From the NCBI GenBank assembly GCA_038234295.1, contig JBBSUP010000001.1, positions 3,493 through 67,492 of the forward strand: DNA of 64,000 nt. The letters run 5' to 3'. Made by a program: the position numbers and the translations under genes. Source of the DNA: Chthoniobacterales bacterium. Its GTDB lineage: Bacteria > Verrucomicrobiota > Verrucomicrobiia > Chthoniobacterales > UBA10450. Shown in pieces: positions 34,848 through 45,200 of the stretch (position 1 is the first letter of the stretch; every line of letters starts with the position of its first letter). Under the pieces are notes generated by a model. That model was not told the origin of the DNA and did no database searches. It saw nothing but the letters and a program-made list of their open reading frames with translations.

Positions 34848-37479
34848 CCGGCAGCAGGTCAACGATCTTTTCGACGCTGCCGTTGAGCTTGCGGAGACCG
34901 AACGAACCAATTTTCTCGAGCGCGAGTGCGCGGGAAATATCGAGTTGCGGACCGAGGTGGAGTCCCTTCTCGCGGCCGATGCGGACCTTTCCCGCTTCAT
35001 CGAAAAACCGCTCCTCTCCATCCCGCTGGAGATTTTCCCGGACGCAAACACAGAGCTGGCCGGGCAGCAGATCGGCTCCTATCGGATCGTGCGCGAGATC
35101 GGGCGTGGCGGGCTGGGCACGGTCTACCTGGCGGAGCGGGCGGACGAAGCCTATCGCAAGGAGGTCGCGATCAAACTCATTCGCCGCGGCCTCGACACGG
35201 AAGACATCCTCGGTCGCTTCCGGAACGAGCGGCAGATTCTCGCGCAGCTCGACCATCCCAACATCGCGCGCCTGATTGATGGTGGAACGACCGCCGACGG
35301 CCTGCCTTTCTTCGTGATGGAGTACGTGCCGGGCCGGACGCTGCTCAAGTTTTGCGACGCGCAGCAACTCGACACCAACGCTCGGCTCCAGCTTTTTCGG
35401 CAGGTTTGCGCCGCGGTTTCCTACGCCCATCAGAACCTCGTCATTCATCGCGATCTGAAGCCGTCGAACATCCTCGTGACGGAGGATGCGAAGCCCAAGC
35501 TGCTCGATTTCGGCATCGCCAAGCTCCTGACCAGCGACGAGGAAGCTCTCACCCAGACCATCCCGGGCCTGCGGGTCATGACGCCGGAGTATGCCAGTCC
35601 CGAGCAGATCAAAGGCGAGCGCATCACGACGAGTAGCGATGTTTACTCGTTAGGCGTGGTCCTTTACGAGCTTTTGACCGGCCAGAAGCCGTATCGGCTC
35701 ACCAGCCGGAGCGCAGAGGAAATCGCCCGCGCCATCACCGAGCAGGTGCCGGAGCGACCCAGCACGGTGGTTTCCGACGAGACGGGATCACTCGGCCGCC
35801 GCGAGCATCGCGCCCTGCGCGGCGACCTCGACCGGATCGTGCTCATGGCGCTGCGCAAGGAGCCCGAGCGCCGCTACAGCTCGGCGGCCGCCCTGGCGGA
35901 CGACATCGAGCGGCACCTGACCGGTCTTCCCGTGGTGGCACATCAGGACACCTTCACTTACCGGGCGTCGAAGTTCGTGCGCCGCCATAAAGCAGGCACC
36001 TTCGCCACCGCCCTCATTCTGCTCGCGATCCTCGCCGGCATCGCTGGGACGCTCTGGGAGTCGCGGCAGGCCAATTTGCAAAGAGCCAGGGCGGAGAGGC
36101 GTTTCGACGATGTGCGCAAGCTGGCTAACTCAAACCTGTTCGATGTCTATCCCGAGGTGGAAAACCTGGCGGGGTCGCTGAAAGCCCGAGAAAAGATTCT
36201 GCTCAATGCCCTCCATTATCTCGATAGCCTGGCGAAGGAAGCGGGCGGCGATCTCGACCTGCAAAGCGAGCTAGCCACCGGTTATGAGAAAGTCGGTGAT
36301 GTGCAGGGGGCGTTGAATAATTCGAACCTCGGAAATACCAAGGCCGGGCTAGAGACTTACCGCAAAGCCAACGCGCTGCGAGCTGCGGTCGTGGCTGCTC
36401 GTCCGCACGATTTCGAAGCGAAAGAGAAACTGGCCTGGAACGGTTACACCATTTCCCGAACCCTTTGGATGGATAGCCAGACTAAAGAGGCGGAGGAAGA
36501 ATTCGAGAAGACTCTCGGATTGCAGCGCGCGCTCGTCGCAGCTCGGCCCGATTCGCCGGAACTAAAAGACAAGCTAGCGATAACTCTGATCGATTACGCG
36601 GCCATCCCGTCATTCAACTCTGAATCGGAGAAAGCTCTTACCCTTCTCAACGAAGCCCTCGCGATCGTCGATCAATTGCGAGAGAAAAATCCGGCGGATC
36701 CGACTTTTAAGAAAACCAAGGCCCGTCTCCTCCGACTCCTGAGCAGACAAAAAGACGCTGTGGGAGACTATGTGGGTGGATTGGCAGCGCTCCAGACCTC
36801 TCTCGCTCTCAGCAAGGAGGCAGCGCAACAGTCACCGGACGACTTCCGGGCGCAGCGCGCGGTTTGGCTGACTGAGTGCATGACCTGCGAGCACTTCATC
36901 GACCAAGGCAACGGCGCGGAAGCCGTCCGAGTAGGTGAAGGAACGATCGAGTTCCCAAGACGGGCGCTGGAGAAGGAGCCCGAGAACGGGGTCGTTGCTT
37001 ATGACTTGGCGATCTCATATTTCAATCTGGCCAGAGCCCATCGGCTGACTGGTAACTTCCAGGAAACGACCACCAAGGCCGACGCGGCCCTCGAGGTGAT
37101 GTCAAAACTGAGCGCAAAATCGCCTGACGATGCAGATTACAAACGCAACCTCGCGATTTACAAAACGGAAAAGGCACGCGCTCAGATCGCCCTCCGCCAA
37201 TCGGACGACGCGCTGGCCGGTCTCCGTGAAGCCGAGGAGATCATGCGACCGATTGTCGCAGCGGACCCGAATTCGGCCACCAGTCTGGGCGATCTGGGGA
37301 TGGCTTATCGGCTCCAAGCGCAGGCGCAGCAGCAGAAAGGCAATCACCACGAAGCCGCCGGAATGGTGGATAAAGCCATCGCCATTGTGCGGCGGGTGAA
37401 GGAACAGAAGTCCCTGCGAGACTCCGAGAAAGACCTCCTCGCGGACTTGGAGAAGGAAAAAGCCGAATACCTCCGCTGA
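34837..37479 (+). CDS. Ser/Thr protein kinase - TM - TPR protein (copy B, full length)
   Basis: 880 aa with the same Hanks motifs as copy A (HRDLKPSNILV, DFGIA, DVYSLGVVLYELLTG). TM helix FATALILLAILAGIAGTL, then TPR repeats. It overlaps the sigma gene by 11 nt. Confidence 0.88.
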   Translation: MPCDRQQVNDLFDAAVELAETERTNFLERECAGNIELRTEVESLLAADADLSRFIEKPLLSIPLEIFPDANTELAGQQIGSYRIVREIGRGGLGTVYLAERADEAYRKEVAIKLIRRGLDTEDILGRFRNERQILAQLDHPNIARLIDGGTTADGLPFFVMEYVPGRTLLKFCDAQQLDTNARLQLFRQVCAAVSYAHQNLVIHRDLKPSNILVTEDAKPKLLDFGIAKLLTSDEEALTQTIPGLRVMTPEYASPEQIKGERITTSSDVYSLGVVLYELLTGQKPYRLTSRSAEEIARAITEQVPERPSTVVSDETGSLGRREHRALRGDLDRIVLMALRKEPERRYSSAAALADDIERHLTGLPVVAHQDTFTYRASKFVRRHKAGTFATALILLAILAGIAGTLWESRQANLQRARAERRFDDVRKLANSNLFDVYPEVENLAGSLKAREKILLNALHYLDSLAKEAGGDLDLQSELATGYEKVGDVQGALNNSNLGNTKAGLETYRKANALRAAVVAARPHDFEAKEKLAWNGYTISRTLWMDSQTKEAEEEFEKTLGLQRALVAARPDSPELKDKLAITLIDYAAIPSFNSESEKALTLLNEALAIVDQLREKNPADPTFKKTKARLLRLLSRQKDAVGDYVGGLAALQTSLALSKEAAQQSPDDFRAQRAVWLTECMTCEHFIDQGNGAEAVRVGEGTIEFPRRALEKEPENGVVAYDLAISYFNLARAHRLTGNFQETTTKADAALEVMSKLSAKSPDDADYKRNLAIYKTEKARAQIALRQSDDALAGLREAEEIMRPIVAADPNSATSLGDLGMAYRLQAQAQQQKGNHHEAAGMVDKAIAIVRRVKEQKSLRDSEKDLLADLEKEKAEYLR

Positions 37480-37549
37480 CGGCGAGTCTTATCCGCGGAT
37501 GCGGGCGCGCGGCGGCAGCGCGTCGAATCGGCGCGGGTGCGACGCGGTT

Positions 37550-37604
37550 ATTGTAGGGCGCTTCGCCTGCCTTGATGGATGAACCGAAGCGATCGACCTA
37601 CAAT
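37550..37604. repeat. R1 repeat copy (shortened)
   Basis: ATTGTAGGGCGCTTCGCCTGCCTTGATGGATGAACCGAAGCGATCGACCTACAAT. Confidence 0.8.
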
Positions 37605-37643
37605 ATGACGCTTTTTCTGCGGTGGTTTGTGTTCGCGCCACTG

Positions 37644-37700
37644 GTAGGAGCCGACCGGCTGGAAGCCCGTCGGCCGAGTCAAGCTGGAAGCCTGACTTCC
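37644..37700. repeat. R3 double-hairpin repeat copy
   Basis: GTAGGAGCCGACCGGCTGGAAGCCCGTCGGCCGAGTCAAGCTGGAAGCCTGACTTCC. Confidence 0.8.
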
Positions 37701-37746
37701 GCAGGCTGCGGGCGGCGCGACTCTCGCGCCTCCCAGAGGGAGGCGT

Positions 37747-39990
37747 CTACAACAGCTGATATGGATCGACGTCTACCGCGACGGCGACGTCTTCGGGGAA
37801 GGGTAACTTATCCAGGGTTTCGCGGATCAGGCGGCTAAGTCGGAGAATAGCTTCGCCGCGGATGAGGATGTGGAAGCGATAACTACCCTGGAGCTTCTCC
37901 AAAGGCGCGGGCGCCGGGACGCCCAGGATATACTCGTCAGACAACGCTTCTTTCAGCCGGCGGTAGAGTGTGTCGGCGGAAAAGCTGGCACGGGCTTCAT
38001 GCTCGGAGCGGATGGTGAGCAGGACGGCGTGGCGGAAGGGCGGAAAATCACAGCGTTCGCGGAATTCCAGCTCCTGCTCGAAGTAACCGGCGAAATCATG
38101 GTGGCGCGCGAACTGAATCGACGGGCTAAACGGCGTGTAGGTCTGCACAAAGACTTCGCCCGGTTCCTCCCCGCGACCCGCGCGTCCGGCGACCTGAGTG
38201 AGTAACTGGAAAGTTCTTTCGCCCGCGCGGAAATCGGGCATGTGCAGGGCGAGGTCGGCGTTGATGATTCCGACGAGAGTTACATTCGGGAAATGGAGTC
38301 CTTTCGCGATCATCTGGGTGCCGACGAGGATATCGATCTTGCCCGCGCGGAAAGCGTGCAGGGTTTCGCGATAAGCGTCTTTGCGGGTCATGGAGTCGGC
38401 GTCCATTCGTTTCACCACCGCCTGCGGAAAGATCGCGCTGACCGTGGCCTCGACCTTTTCCGTCCCGAAGCCCGCATAGATGAGCGCGTTTTCCCCGCAT
38501 TCCGGGCAGCGTTTCGGAACCGCCGCGGTGTGGCCGCAGAGGTGGCAACTGAGGCGCGCGTTCGAGCGATGGAAGGTAAGAGCGACGCTGCAGTTCGGGC
38601 AGTCTCGCGCTTTCCCGCAATGGCTGCAGAGGAGTGAGGTGGAGAAGCCGCGGCGGTTGAGAAAAAGAATCGTCTGCTCGCTTTTCGTGAGGCGAACCTC
38701 GATCGCGCTTCGCAGTTTCTCCGAGAGAATGGCGGCGGCTTTTTCTTTCCGGCGCTCGAGCCGCAGATCGACGATCCGAATGAGCGGCATCTGGCAATCG
38801 TCGACCCGCTGGGTGAGCTGGCTGAGGAGGTATTTCCCGCGCTGCGCATTCGCATAGCTCTCGAGCGACGGCGTGGCCGTGCCGAGAACGACGACGCAGT
38901 TTTCCATCTTCGCCCGCACGACCGCCACATCGCGAGCGTGATAACGGGGCGCTTCCTCCTGCTTGTAGGAGGTCTCATGTTCTTCATCGACCACGATGAG
39001 CCCGAGATTTTCGAGCGGCGCGAAAACCGCGCTGCGCGCGCCGATGACGATGCGGGCGCGACCGCTGTGGAGCTTGTGCCATTCGTCGTGCCGCTCCCCT
39101 TCGGAGAGATGACTGTGCAAGACCGCGATCGTTTCCGGCGCCTCGGAGAAACGGCTCTTGAAACGTTCCACCGTCTGCGGCGTGAGCGAGATTTCCGGGA
39201 CGAGGACGATCGCGGTTTTGCCGCGCGCGAGGGTGGCGCGGATCGCCTGAAGATAGACCTCGGTCTTGCCACTGCCGGTCACGCCGTGGAGGAGAATAGG
39301 CGGATGCGTCGCGGGATTTTCGAGTGCGTTCTCGATCGCTTTGAGCGCCGCGAGTTGCTCGGCGTTCATGACCAGATCGGCGTCGGCGAGGAATTGCTCG
39401 GTGCCGTGCGGATCACGCGCGACCGCCTGCTCACGCAGGTCGACGAAGCCACGGGTGACGAGCGCGCGCAGGGTGGAGTTATCGAGCGAGGTGTCGCGGA
39501 GGAGATCGGCCGCAGGGGTTGGGGCACTTAATTGCGTGATCGCCTCGAGCAGCTCGGCCTGGCGCGGCGCGCGCCGGCGTAATTTCTCCAGCTCATCCGG
39601 CGTGGCCGCGCGCACCAGCCTAACGAAAAGCTGTTTCTTCCAGCCCACCTCGGCTTTGCGAATCACCTGCGGGAGCAAACTGCGCATGACCGTTTCGAGC
39701 GGGCAGCAGTAGTAGGTCGACATCCAGCGAGCGAGCTCGATCAGGGCCGGACTCAGCACCGGCTTTTCGCCTAACAATGCCAGGAGCGGCTTGATTCCTT
39801 TCGCCGGGCTCGCTGCCAGCGTGGCGACGACCGTGGCGAGAAGTTGTTTCTCGCGGAAGGGAACGCGGACGCGCGAGCCGACGCCGACTTTCCCGGCCAG
39901 CTCCGGCGGCACGGCGTAGTCGAGCTCGCGCCGGATCGAGCGATCGATCACGACACGGACGAAACTGTGGGAATTAGGTTGCTCAGCCAA
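37747..39990 (-). CDS. priA: primosomal protein N' (replication restart helicase)
   Basis: 747 aa with Walker A LLHGVTGSGKTEVY and DEAH-type VVDEEH. Cys-rich zinc-binding insert CSHCGKARDCPNCSVALTFHRSNARLSCHLCGH..CPECG. TAG stop. Confidence 0.92.
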   Translation of the reverse strand: MAEQPNSHSFVRVVIDRSIRRELDYAVPPELAGKVGVGSRVRVPFREKQLLATVVATLAASPAKGIKPLLALLGEKPVLSPALIELARWMSTYYCCPLETVMRSLLPQVIRKAEVGWKKQLFVRLVRAATPDELEKLRRRAPRQAELLEAITQLSAPTPAADLLRDTSLDNSTLRALVTRGFVDLREQAVARDPHGTEQFLADADLVMNAEQLAALKAIENALENPATHPPILLHGVTGSGKTEVYLQAIRATLARGKTAIVLVPEISLTPQTVERFKSRFSEAPETIAVLHSHLSEGERHDEWHKLHSGRARIVIGARSAVFAPLENLGLIVVDEEHETSYKQEEAPRYHARDVAVVRAKMENCVVVLGTATPSLESYANAQRGKYLLSQLTQRVDDCQMPLIRIVDLRLERRKEKAAAILSEKLRSAIEVRLTKSEQTILFLNRRGFSTSLLCSHCGKARDCPNCSVALTFHRSNARLSCHLCGHTAAVPKRCPECGENALIYAGFGTEKVEATVSAIFPQAVVKRMDADSMTRKDAYRETLHAFRAGKIDILVGTQMIAKGLHFPNVTLVGIINADLALHMPDFRAGERTFQLLTQVAGRAGRGEEPGEVFVQTYTPFSPSIQFARHHDFAGYFEQELEFRERCDFPPFRHAVLLTIRSEHEARASFSADTLYRRLKEALSDEYILGVPAPAPLEKLQGSYRFHILIRGEAILRLSRLIRETLDKLPFPEDVAVAVDVDPYQLL

Positions 39991-40153
39991 GGGTTGCGTG
40001 AATTGCTTCTGCCCGTGATTCTCCGCGCCGCGCTCCTACTTATCCAGCGAGGATCCGAGGACGTTGTCGCGTCCGCTGTCTCAGCGGACTCTTGCGAGCG
40101 CATAAGGCGCTGCGCTGAGGACAGCGCACGCTACAGCCTGCGCGCCGACGCCA

Positions 40154-40756
40154 ATGATCCGATTCATCTTTAAGCTCATCATCTGTCTCCTGCTCGCCGC
40201 CGGAGTGGGGACCGCGGTCGCGGCCTGGCGCTCGGGCGATCCCTTCTACACGCTTTTTGAATGGGTGAGCCCGGCGCGTTTCCAGCAATACGATCAGCTC
40301 ATCCGCGCGGTCGCGGCCCCGAACAAGCTCGACCCGATGCTGGTGAAGGCGGTGGTCTGGCGGGAGAGCCGGTTCGACCCGAAAAAATTCGGCGGCGCGG
40401 GCGAGCGCGGACTGATGCAGGTGAGCGAGATCGCGGCGCAGGAATGGGCGACGGAGGAGAAGATCGAGAACTTCCACGCGGAAGAACTTTTCGATCCGAA
40501 GACCAACCTCGAGGCGGGCGCGTGGTATCTGCACCGGGCGATGATGCATTGGCAGGCGCAACGGGATCCGACGCCGTTTGCGCTCGCAGAATACAACGCG
40601 GGCGCGAGCCGGGCGCAGCGTTGGGCCGCCGCGGACGCGAAGAGCTCGATCACGGCGAGCGAGTTTCAGCGCAATATCGATTTTCCCGGGACGAAAAATT
40701 ACGTCGCCTCGATTCTCGAGCGCTATCGGTTTTATCAGCGGCGCGGAAGGATGTGA
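40154..40756 (+). CDS. lytic transglycosylase (SLT domain), membrane-anchored
   Basis: N-terminal hydrophobic anchor MIRFIFKLIICLLLAAGV. SLT catalytic region LVKAVVWRESRFDPKKFGGAGERGLMQV and AEYNAGASRA. Confidence 0.85.
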   Translation: MIRFIFKLIICLLLAAGVGTAVAAWRSGDPFYTLFEWVSPARFQQYDQLIRAVAAPNKLDPMLVKAVVWRESRFDPKKFGGAGERGLMQVSEIAAQEWATEEKIENFHAEELFDPKTNLEAGAWYLHRAMMHWQAQRDPTPFALAEYNAGASRAQRWAAADAKSSITASEFQRNIDFPGTKNYVASILERYRFYQRRGRM

Positions 40757-40779
40757 CGCCGTCACCGAAGGAACTCGTT

Positions 40780-40918
40780 GTCATCCTGAGCGAAGCGTAG
40801 CGGAGTCGAAGGATCCCGTCGGGTTTCCCTGCCACGACGTTGCGGAACTGTGCGATCGGAGCTTCCCGGCAGCCCAACGGGATCCCTCGACTGCGCCTTC
40901 GGCTTCGCTCGGGATGAC
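40780..40918. repeat. ~140-bp long inverted-repeat element (GTCATCCTGAGCGAAGCG..GTCGAAGGATCCC / GGGATCCCTCGAC..CGCTCGGGATGAC)
   Basis: The two arms are largely complementary over about 40 nt each. The arm sequence belongs to a VILSEAKDP-type repeat class that I recall as widespread in soil bacteria. Confidence 0.7.
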
Positions 40919-40932
40919 GATTCGTGGGGGAA

Positions 40933-41088
40933 CTCCGGGTAGCGCACACGTCTCGTGGGCTGGCGACGGTGTTCCACCGTCGCGAACTTTCCTCAAAGCG
41001 CACCATCTCCCTGACGCCCGGGTTTTCAGGAAAGTTCGTCGCGCTGGAACAGCGCGACCAGCCCACGGGACGTGGGCGCTACCCGGAG
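40933..41088. repeat. ~155-bp long inverted-repeat element (CTCCGGGTAGCGCACACGTCTCGTGGGCTGG / CCAGCCCACGGGACGTGGGCGCTACCCGGAG)
   Basis: Outer arms of about 30 nt are complementary. Two inner perfect hairpins are GCGACGGTG-TTC-CACCGTCGC and GTCGCGCTG-GAA-CAGCGCGAC. Confidence 0.7.
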
Positions 41089-41102
41089 CCGCCGCGCGAC
41101 AC

Positions 41103-42264
41103 TCAGGGACGCGTTATGCGCAGGCGCAGGAACAATTGCGCGGCATTGTTGCGTGCGACCCTGGCTCTGATCGTTTGCACGTTCGCGGTCGTGGCCAGGA
41201 TTTCGTTCGTGGCCGCGGCGGCGGACCAATTCGCGAGGTCGCTCGATTGCTCGACGAGATACTGGATGTCCAAGGCCGTTGTAACCTTCGTATAGGTGAG
41301 GGTGAGGTCGTTCCCTTCGAGCGCCACCTGCGGCAATGCCGCGACGTCGGGGACGAGCGGCTGCGCGTGCAGGCCATACTCGAGCAGATTCGCGAGGCCG
41401 TCGCCATCGAGATCGCCTAACGAGTCCGTGACGCTGTAAATCCAGGCGAGTTTCGTGGAGATGCGCGTCGGATAAAGTCCGCTCGGAACAGGCGCGTCGC
41501 CGGTGACCAAAGCGTAAACCGCGGGTTGCCTTCGTCGGAAACGTAGAGGCCGCGGGTGTCGAAAAGCGCCGCGTTAAAACCGCCACTGCCGCTCGCGTCC
41601 AGATAGAACGGTCCATCCACCGTGTAGTGAGTCCCCGCGAGTTTCCAGACGCCGCCATCCTCGATAAAAGCCGCGCCGCCGGAGTCGCCGCTCGAGAGGT
41701 GCGCTTCTTCCGCGAGGCCGCCGGCGTCGAAAGGTCCACGAAGCAGTTCGTCGTCCGGGCCGAGCGCAACGATCTCGCTGATCACGTTCGTGCCCCGGCG
41801 TCGCACGCCATCGCCCGGGCCCCAATTCCAGCCCGCGAGGTTGCCGTTCACGAGATGATCGGAGCCGCGCTGCGTGCCGCGGCCGATCACGACGGTGAGT
41901 TTGCCCGCCTCGTCAGCCTGGGTGTAAAGCGGAGCGAAGGTCGGGAAAGTTTCGGTCACCTGCCAGAGATCGAGGTCGCTGTTCGGATCGGCGAATCCTC
42001 GCACGACGCTGTAGTTTAGTGCCCCAAAAGTGAAAACCGAGCCGCCCGCGTTGCCGATATGTTTCGCGCTCAGGAAAAAATGCGGCGCGATCGGCGTGCC
42101 GCGAAAACCGCCCCAGAATCCTTCGAACTGCCAGCCGCTACCGGCGAGCTCGCGGTCGGCGCGATGGTGTTGGCCGCGGGGTCGCCGGTCCGTTCGAGAA
42201 TAACCGCGCGCGCCGGCAGCGGCGCGACGATAAAACAAGCAGCGATGAGGAGGGCAACGCGCAT
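41103..42264 (-). pseudogene. secreted trypsin-like serine protease with C-terminal extension, apparently split over three frames
   Basis: The signal peptide ORF (42264-42070: MRVALLIAACFIVAPLPARA), the catalytic body (42340-41417 frame: LSAKHIG, DLDLWQV, SSGDSGGAAF) and the C-terminal part (41510-41103: YPTRISTKLAWIYSV..DLDGDGLANLLEYG..) are contiguous but in different frames. Shifts lie near 42150 and 41515. Confidence 0.55.
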
Positions 42265-42276
42265 GACTGAGATAAC

Positions 42277-45200
42277 TCAATGAGGCGGCAAAACGCATCG
42301 AACGCGCGTGCCCCCGCCCTGTCGCGATACCGCTTCGCAAGTCGCGCCGATCGCGTTCGCGCGATAACTCATGATGTGAAGTCCCATCCCCTTCGGGGCG
42401 GGTTTGGCAGGCAGGCCCTTGCCGTCGTCGTCGACGGTGAGAATGAGGCCGCGGCGGTTGCGCAGCAGCGAGATGACGATCTCCTTCGGCTGCGCGTGCT
42501 TGAGCGAGTTGGTCACGGCTTCCTGCGCGATGCGGTAGAGATTTAACGAGACGACGTCGTCACGAATCCGGATCGGCTTCGGACATTCAAAGCGACAGGT
42601 GACACCGTCATGTGTGCGGAAGGCGAGCTCGCGGAGCGCGTTTGTGAGGCCAGAGAGGCCGAGCTCAACCGGATGCAAACCGCGTGCGAGGTCGCGCGCG
42701 AGCCCGACGTTGTCATTGACGATTTTTGCGGCCTCGGTGAGCGCTTTGACCTCGGCGACTTTTTTCGGGCCGAGGTTTTGCGCGGTTGATTGGAGGAAAA
42801 GCGCGGCCGCCGCGAGTTCCTGGCAGAGGCTGTCGTGGAGATCCTGGCCGATGCGGCGCTTCTCGCGCTCGCTGACGTGCAAGATCTCCTGCTCGAGATT
42901 GGACCGGCGATCGATCTCCTCTTGGAGCTGCCGATTGGCTGCAGTCAGCGCGGCGGTGCGCTCTTTCACCCGGCGCTCGAGGTCGAGCTGGGTCTGTTTC
43001 AGGCGCTCGCCGGATTCCCAACGTTCGGTGGCGTCTTGCGCGACTTTGGCGAAACCGCGGTGATTCCCCGCGTCGTCGTCGAGCCGGCGCATGGCGCCGT
43101 CGACCCAGACGCGGCTGCCGTCCTTGCGTAGGTGCCAGCGGCAATCGCTGGCGGAGCCGTCGCGCAGAGCGATTGCGCGCTCTTTTTCCTCCCGGCCGTT
43201 GGCGATGTCTTCGGGAGTGAAAATGAGTTCGCCGGTTTGGCCGACTGCTTCCTCCGCCGACCACCCAAAAATCCGCTCCGCGCCCGCGCTCCAATAGCTG
43301 ATGCAGTTGTCCAGCCCGATCAGGAACATGGCGTAATCGCGCGCCCCTTCGACGAGCAGCCGGAAGCGTTCCTCCGCGGCTTGCAACTGCGCCACCCGCT
43401 CGCGCTCCGCGGTCAGATCCTGGGCCACACCCGCGACCCGGGTGACGACGCCGTTCTCGTCGCGAATGGGGAATCCAGTGTCGCGAATCCAGCGGACCGC
43501 GCCATCGCTCGGCCGGACGATGCGGTATTCGACCGTCGCGCCCTCGCCGCTGATGAGGTGATCGAGAGTCCCTGCGAGCCGCGACCGATCGTCGGGATGG
43601 AGGAGTTCGTTCCAGCGCTGCGGATTGCGCATGGCGACGACGCGCGATTCTCCCCACATCGCCTCGAAAGCCGGGCTGAGGTATTCCAGCTGGCGGGTTT
43701 TGGCGTTGGTGATCCAGAGCGTGTCGGCAGAGTTTTCGGCGAACTGCCGGAAGCGCTCTTCGGATTCGCGCAGAGCCTCGACCGCCTGCTTGCGGTCGGT
43801 GATGTCGCGAGTCACGCCGCCCACGCCTTTGATCGCGCCGCCATCGGCGAGGAGCGGGAAGAAGATGTACTCGTAGATCCGCGGCCCGAGCGCACTCGTG
43901 TAGAGGGTTTCGTCCTTGTGCGAATCCCCCGTTTCGATCACCTGCCGAATCTGCCGCTGCAGCTTCGTCGCCAGCTCCGGCGGGTAATCGAGCTCGTGAA
44001 AATTCCGGCCAAGCGCCTGCTCGAGCGAGAGCCGCCAGAGATCGAGGAGCGACTGGCTGATGTAGGTGAAACGGCCCGCGAGATCGAACTCGTAAAGAAA
44101 ATCGGGCACCGCCGCCATGACGGTGTCGAACTTGTGCAACTGCGCGACGGCCTGCTCGTTCGAGGCGCGGAGCTCATCCTCCGCGCGCTTGCGGCGGGTG
44201 ATGTCGATGAAGGTCGCGACCACGCCCCCGATATGGTCGTCGGCGGTGCGATACGGGGCGATGCGCACGAGATACCATTGGTCGTCGGTGAGGCGCACTT
44301 CGCGCTCGATCCCGGCGAGATTTTCCAGTACTTTCTCGGCATCCCCGACGAGGGCGTCGTAGGCGAGCTTGTGTGTGATGTCGGAGAGCGGGCGGCCGAT
44401 GTCGGCGGGAATCAGGTTGAAGACTTTTTGCGCGCTCGGGGTGAAACGCTGGACGCGCAATTGCCGGTCCAGAAAGATGGTGCCGATATCGGTCGAGGCC
44501 ATCAGGTTGGTGAGCTCCGCGTTTGTCCGGCTCAAGTCTTCGACGCTGCTCTTGAGCTCGTCGTTGACCGTGATCAGCTCTTCGTTCAGCGACTGGAGCT
44601 CTTCCTTGCTCGTCTCCAGCTCTTCGGTCGCGGACCGCATCTCTTCGTTCACCGCCTGGAGCTCTTCTTTGGAAGCTCGCAGCTCTTCGTTGCTGGCTTC
44701 GTTCTCTTCGCTGGCGTCGTTGAGCTGGCGCTTGAGGGCTTCAAGTTCCGCTTCGAGATCGCGGGTGACCGCGTCGTGCGAGACGGGCGCTTCCGGGGCC
44801 GCGGTGGCCTTCTCCTTTTTCTCGAAAAGGACGAGGTAAAAACCCTGCTCGACATCCTCCGCCCGGATCGGCCGGACCTGCAGGGCGATCACTTCGCGCG
44901 TGCCCTCGAACTCGACGGTGACCGGCGTGCCGTTGATCGGCTCCTTCGTTTGTGCAGCGCGGAAGAGGGCGGTGCGCGCCTCGATCTTCAACGCTGGATC
45001 GATCGCCTTGAGCAGGTTTGCCGTCGGCTCGCCCGGAGCGAAGTGAAGATAACGCCCGGCGTGCTCAGAGAGGTGAACGATGTCGTGCGCCTGGTTTACC
45101 ACGACCGACGGCGGGCCGTACTGCTCGAGTAATTTCAGGTGCAGCTCGCCGAAGAGCGCGGCGCGCCGTTCCTGGCCGGCGTGGGCCGACTCCCGCGTCT

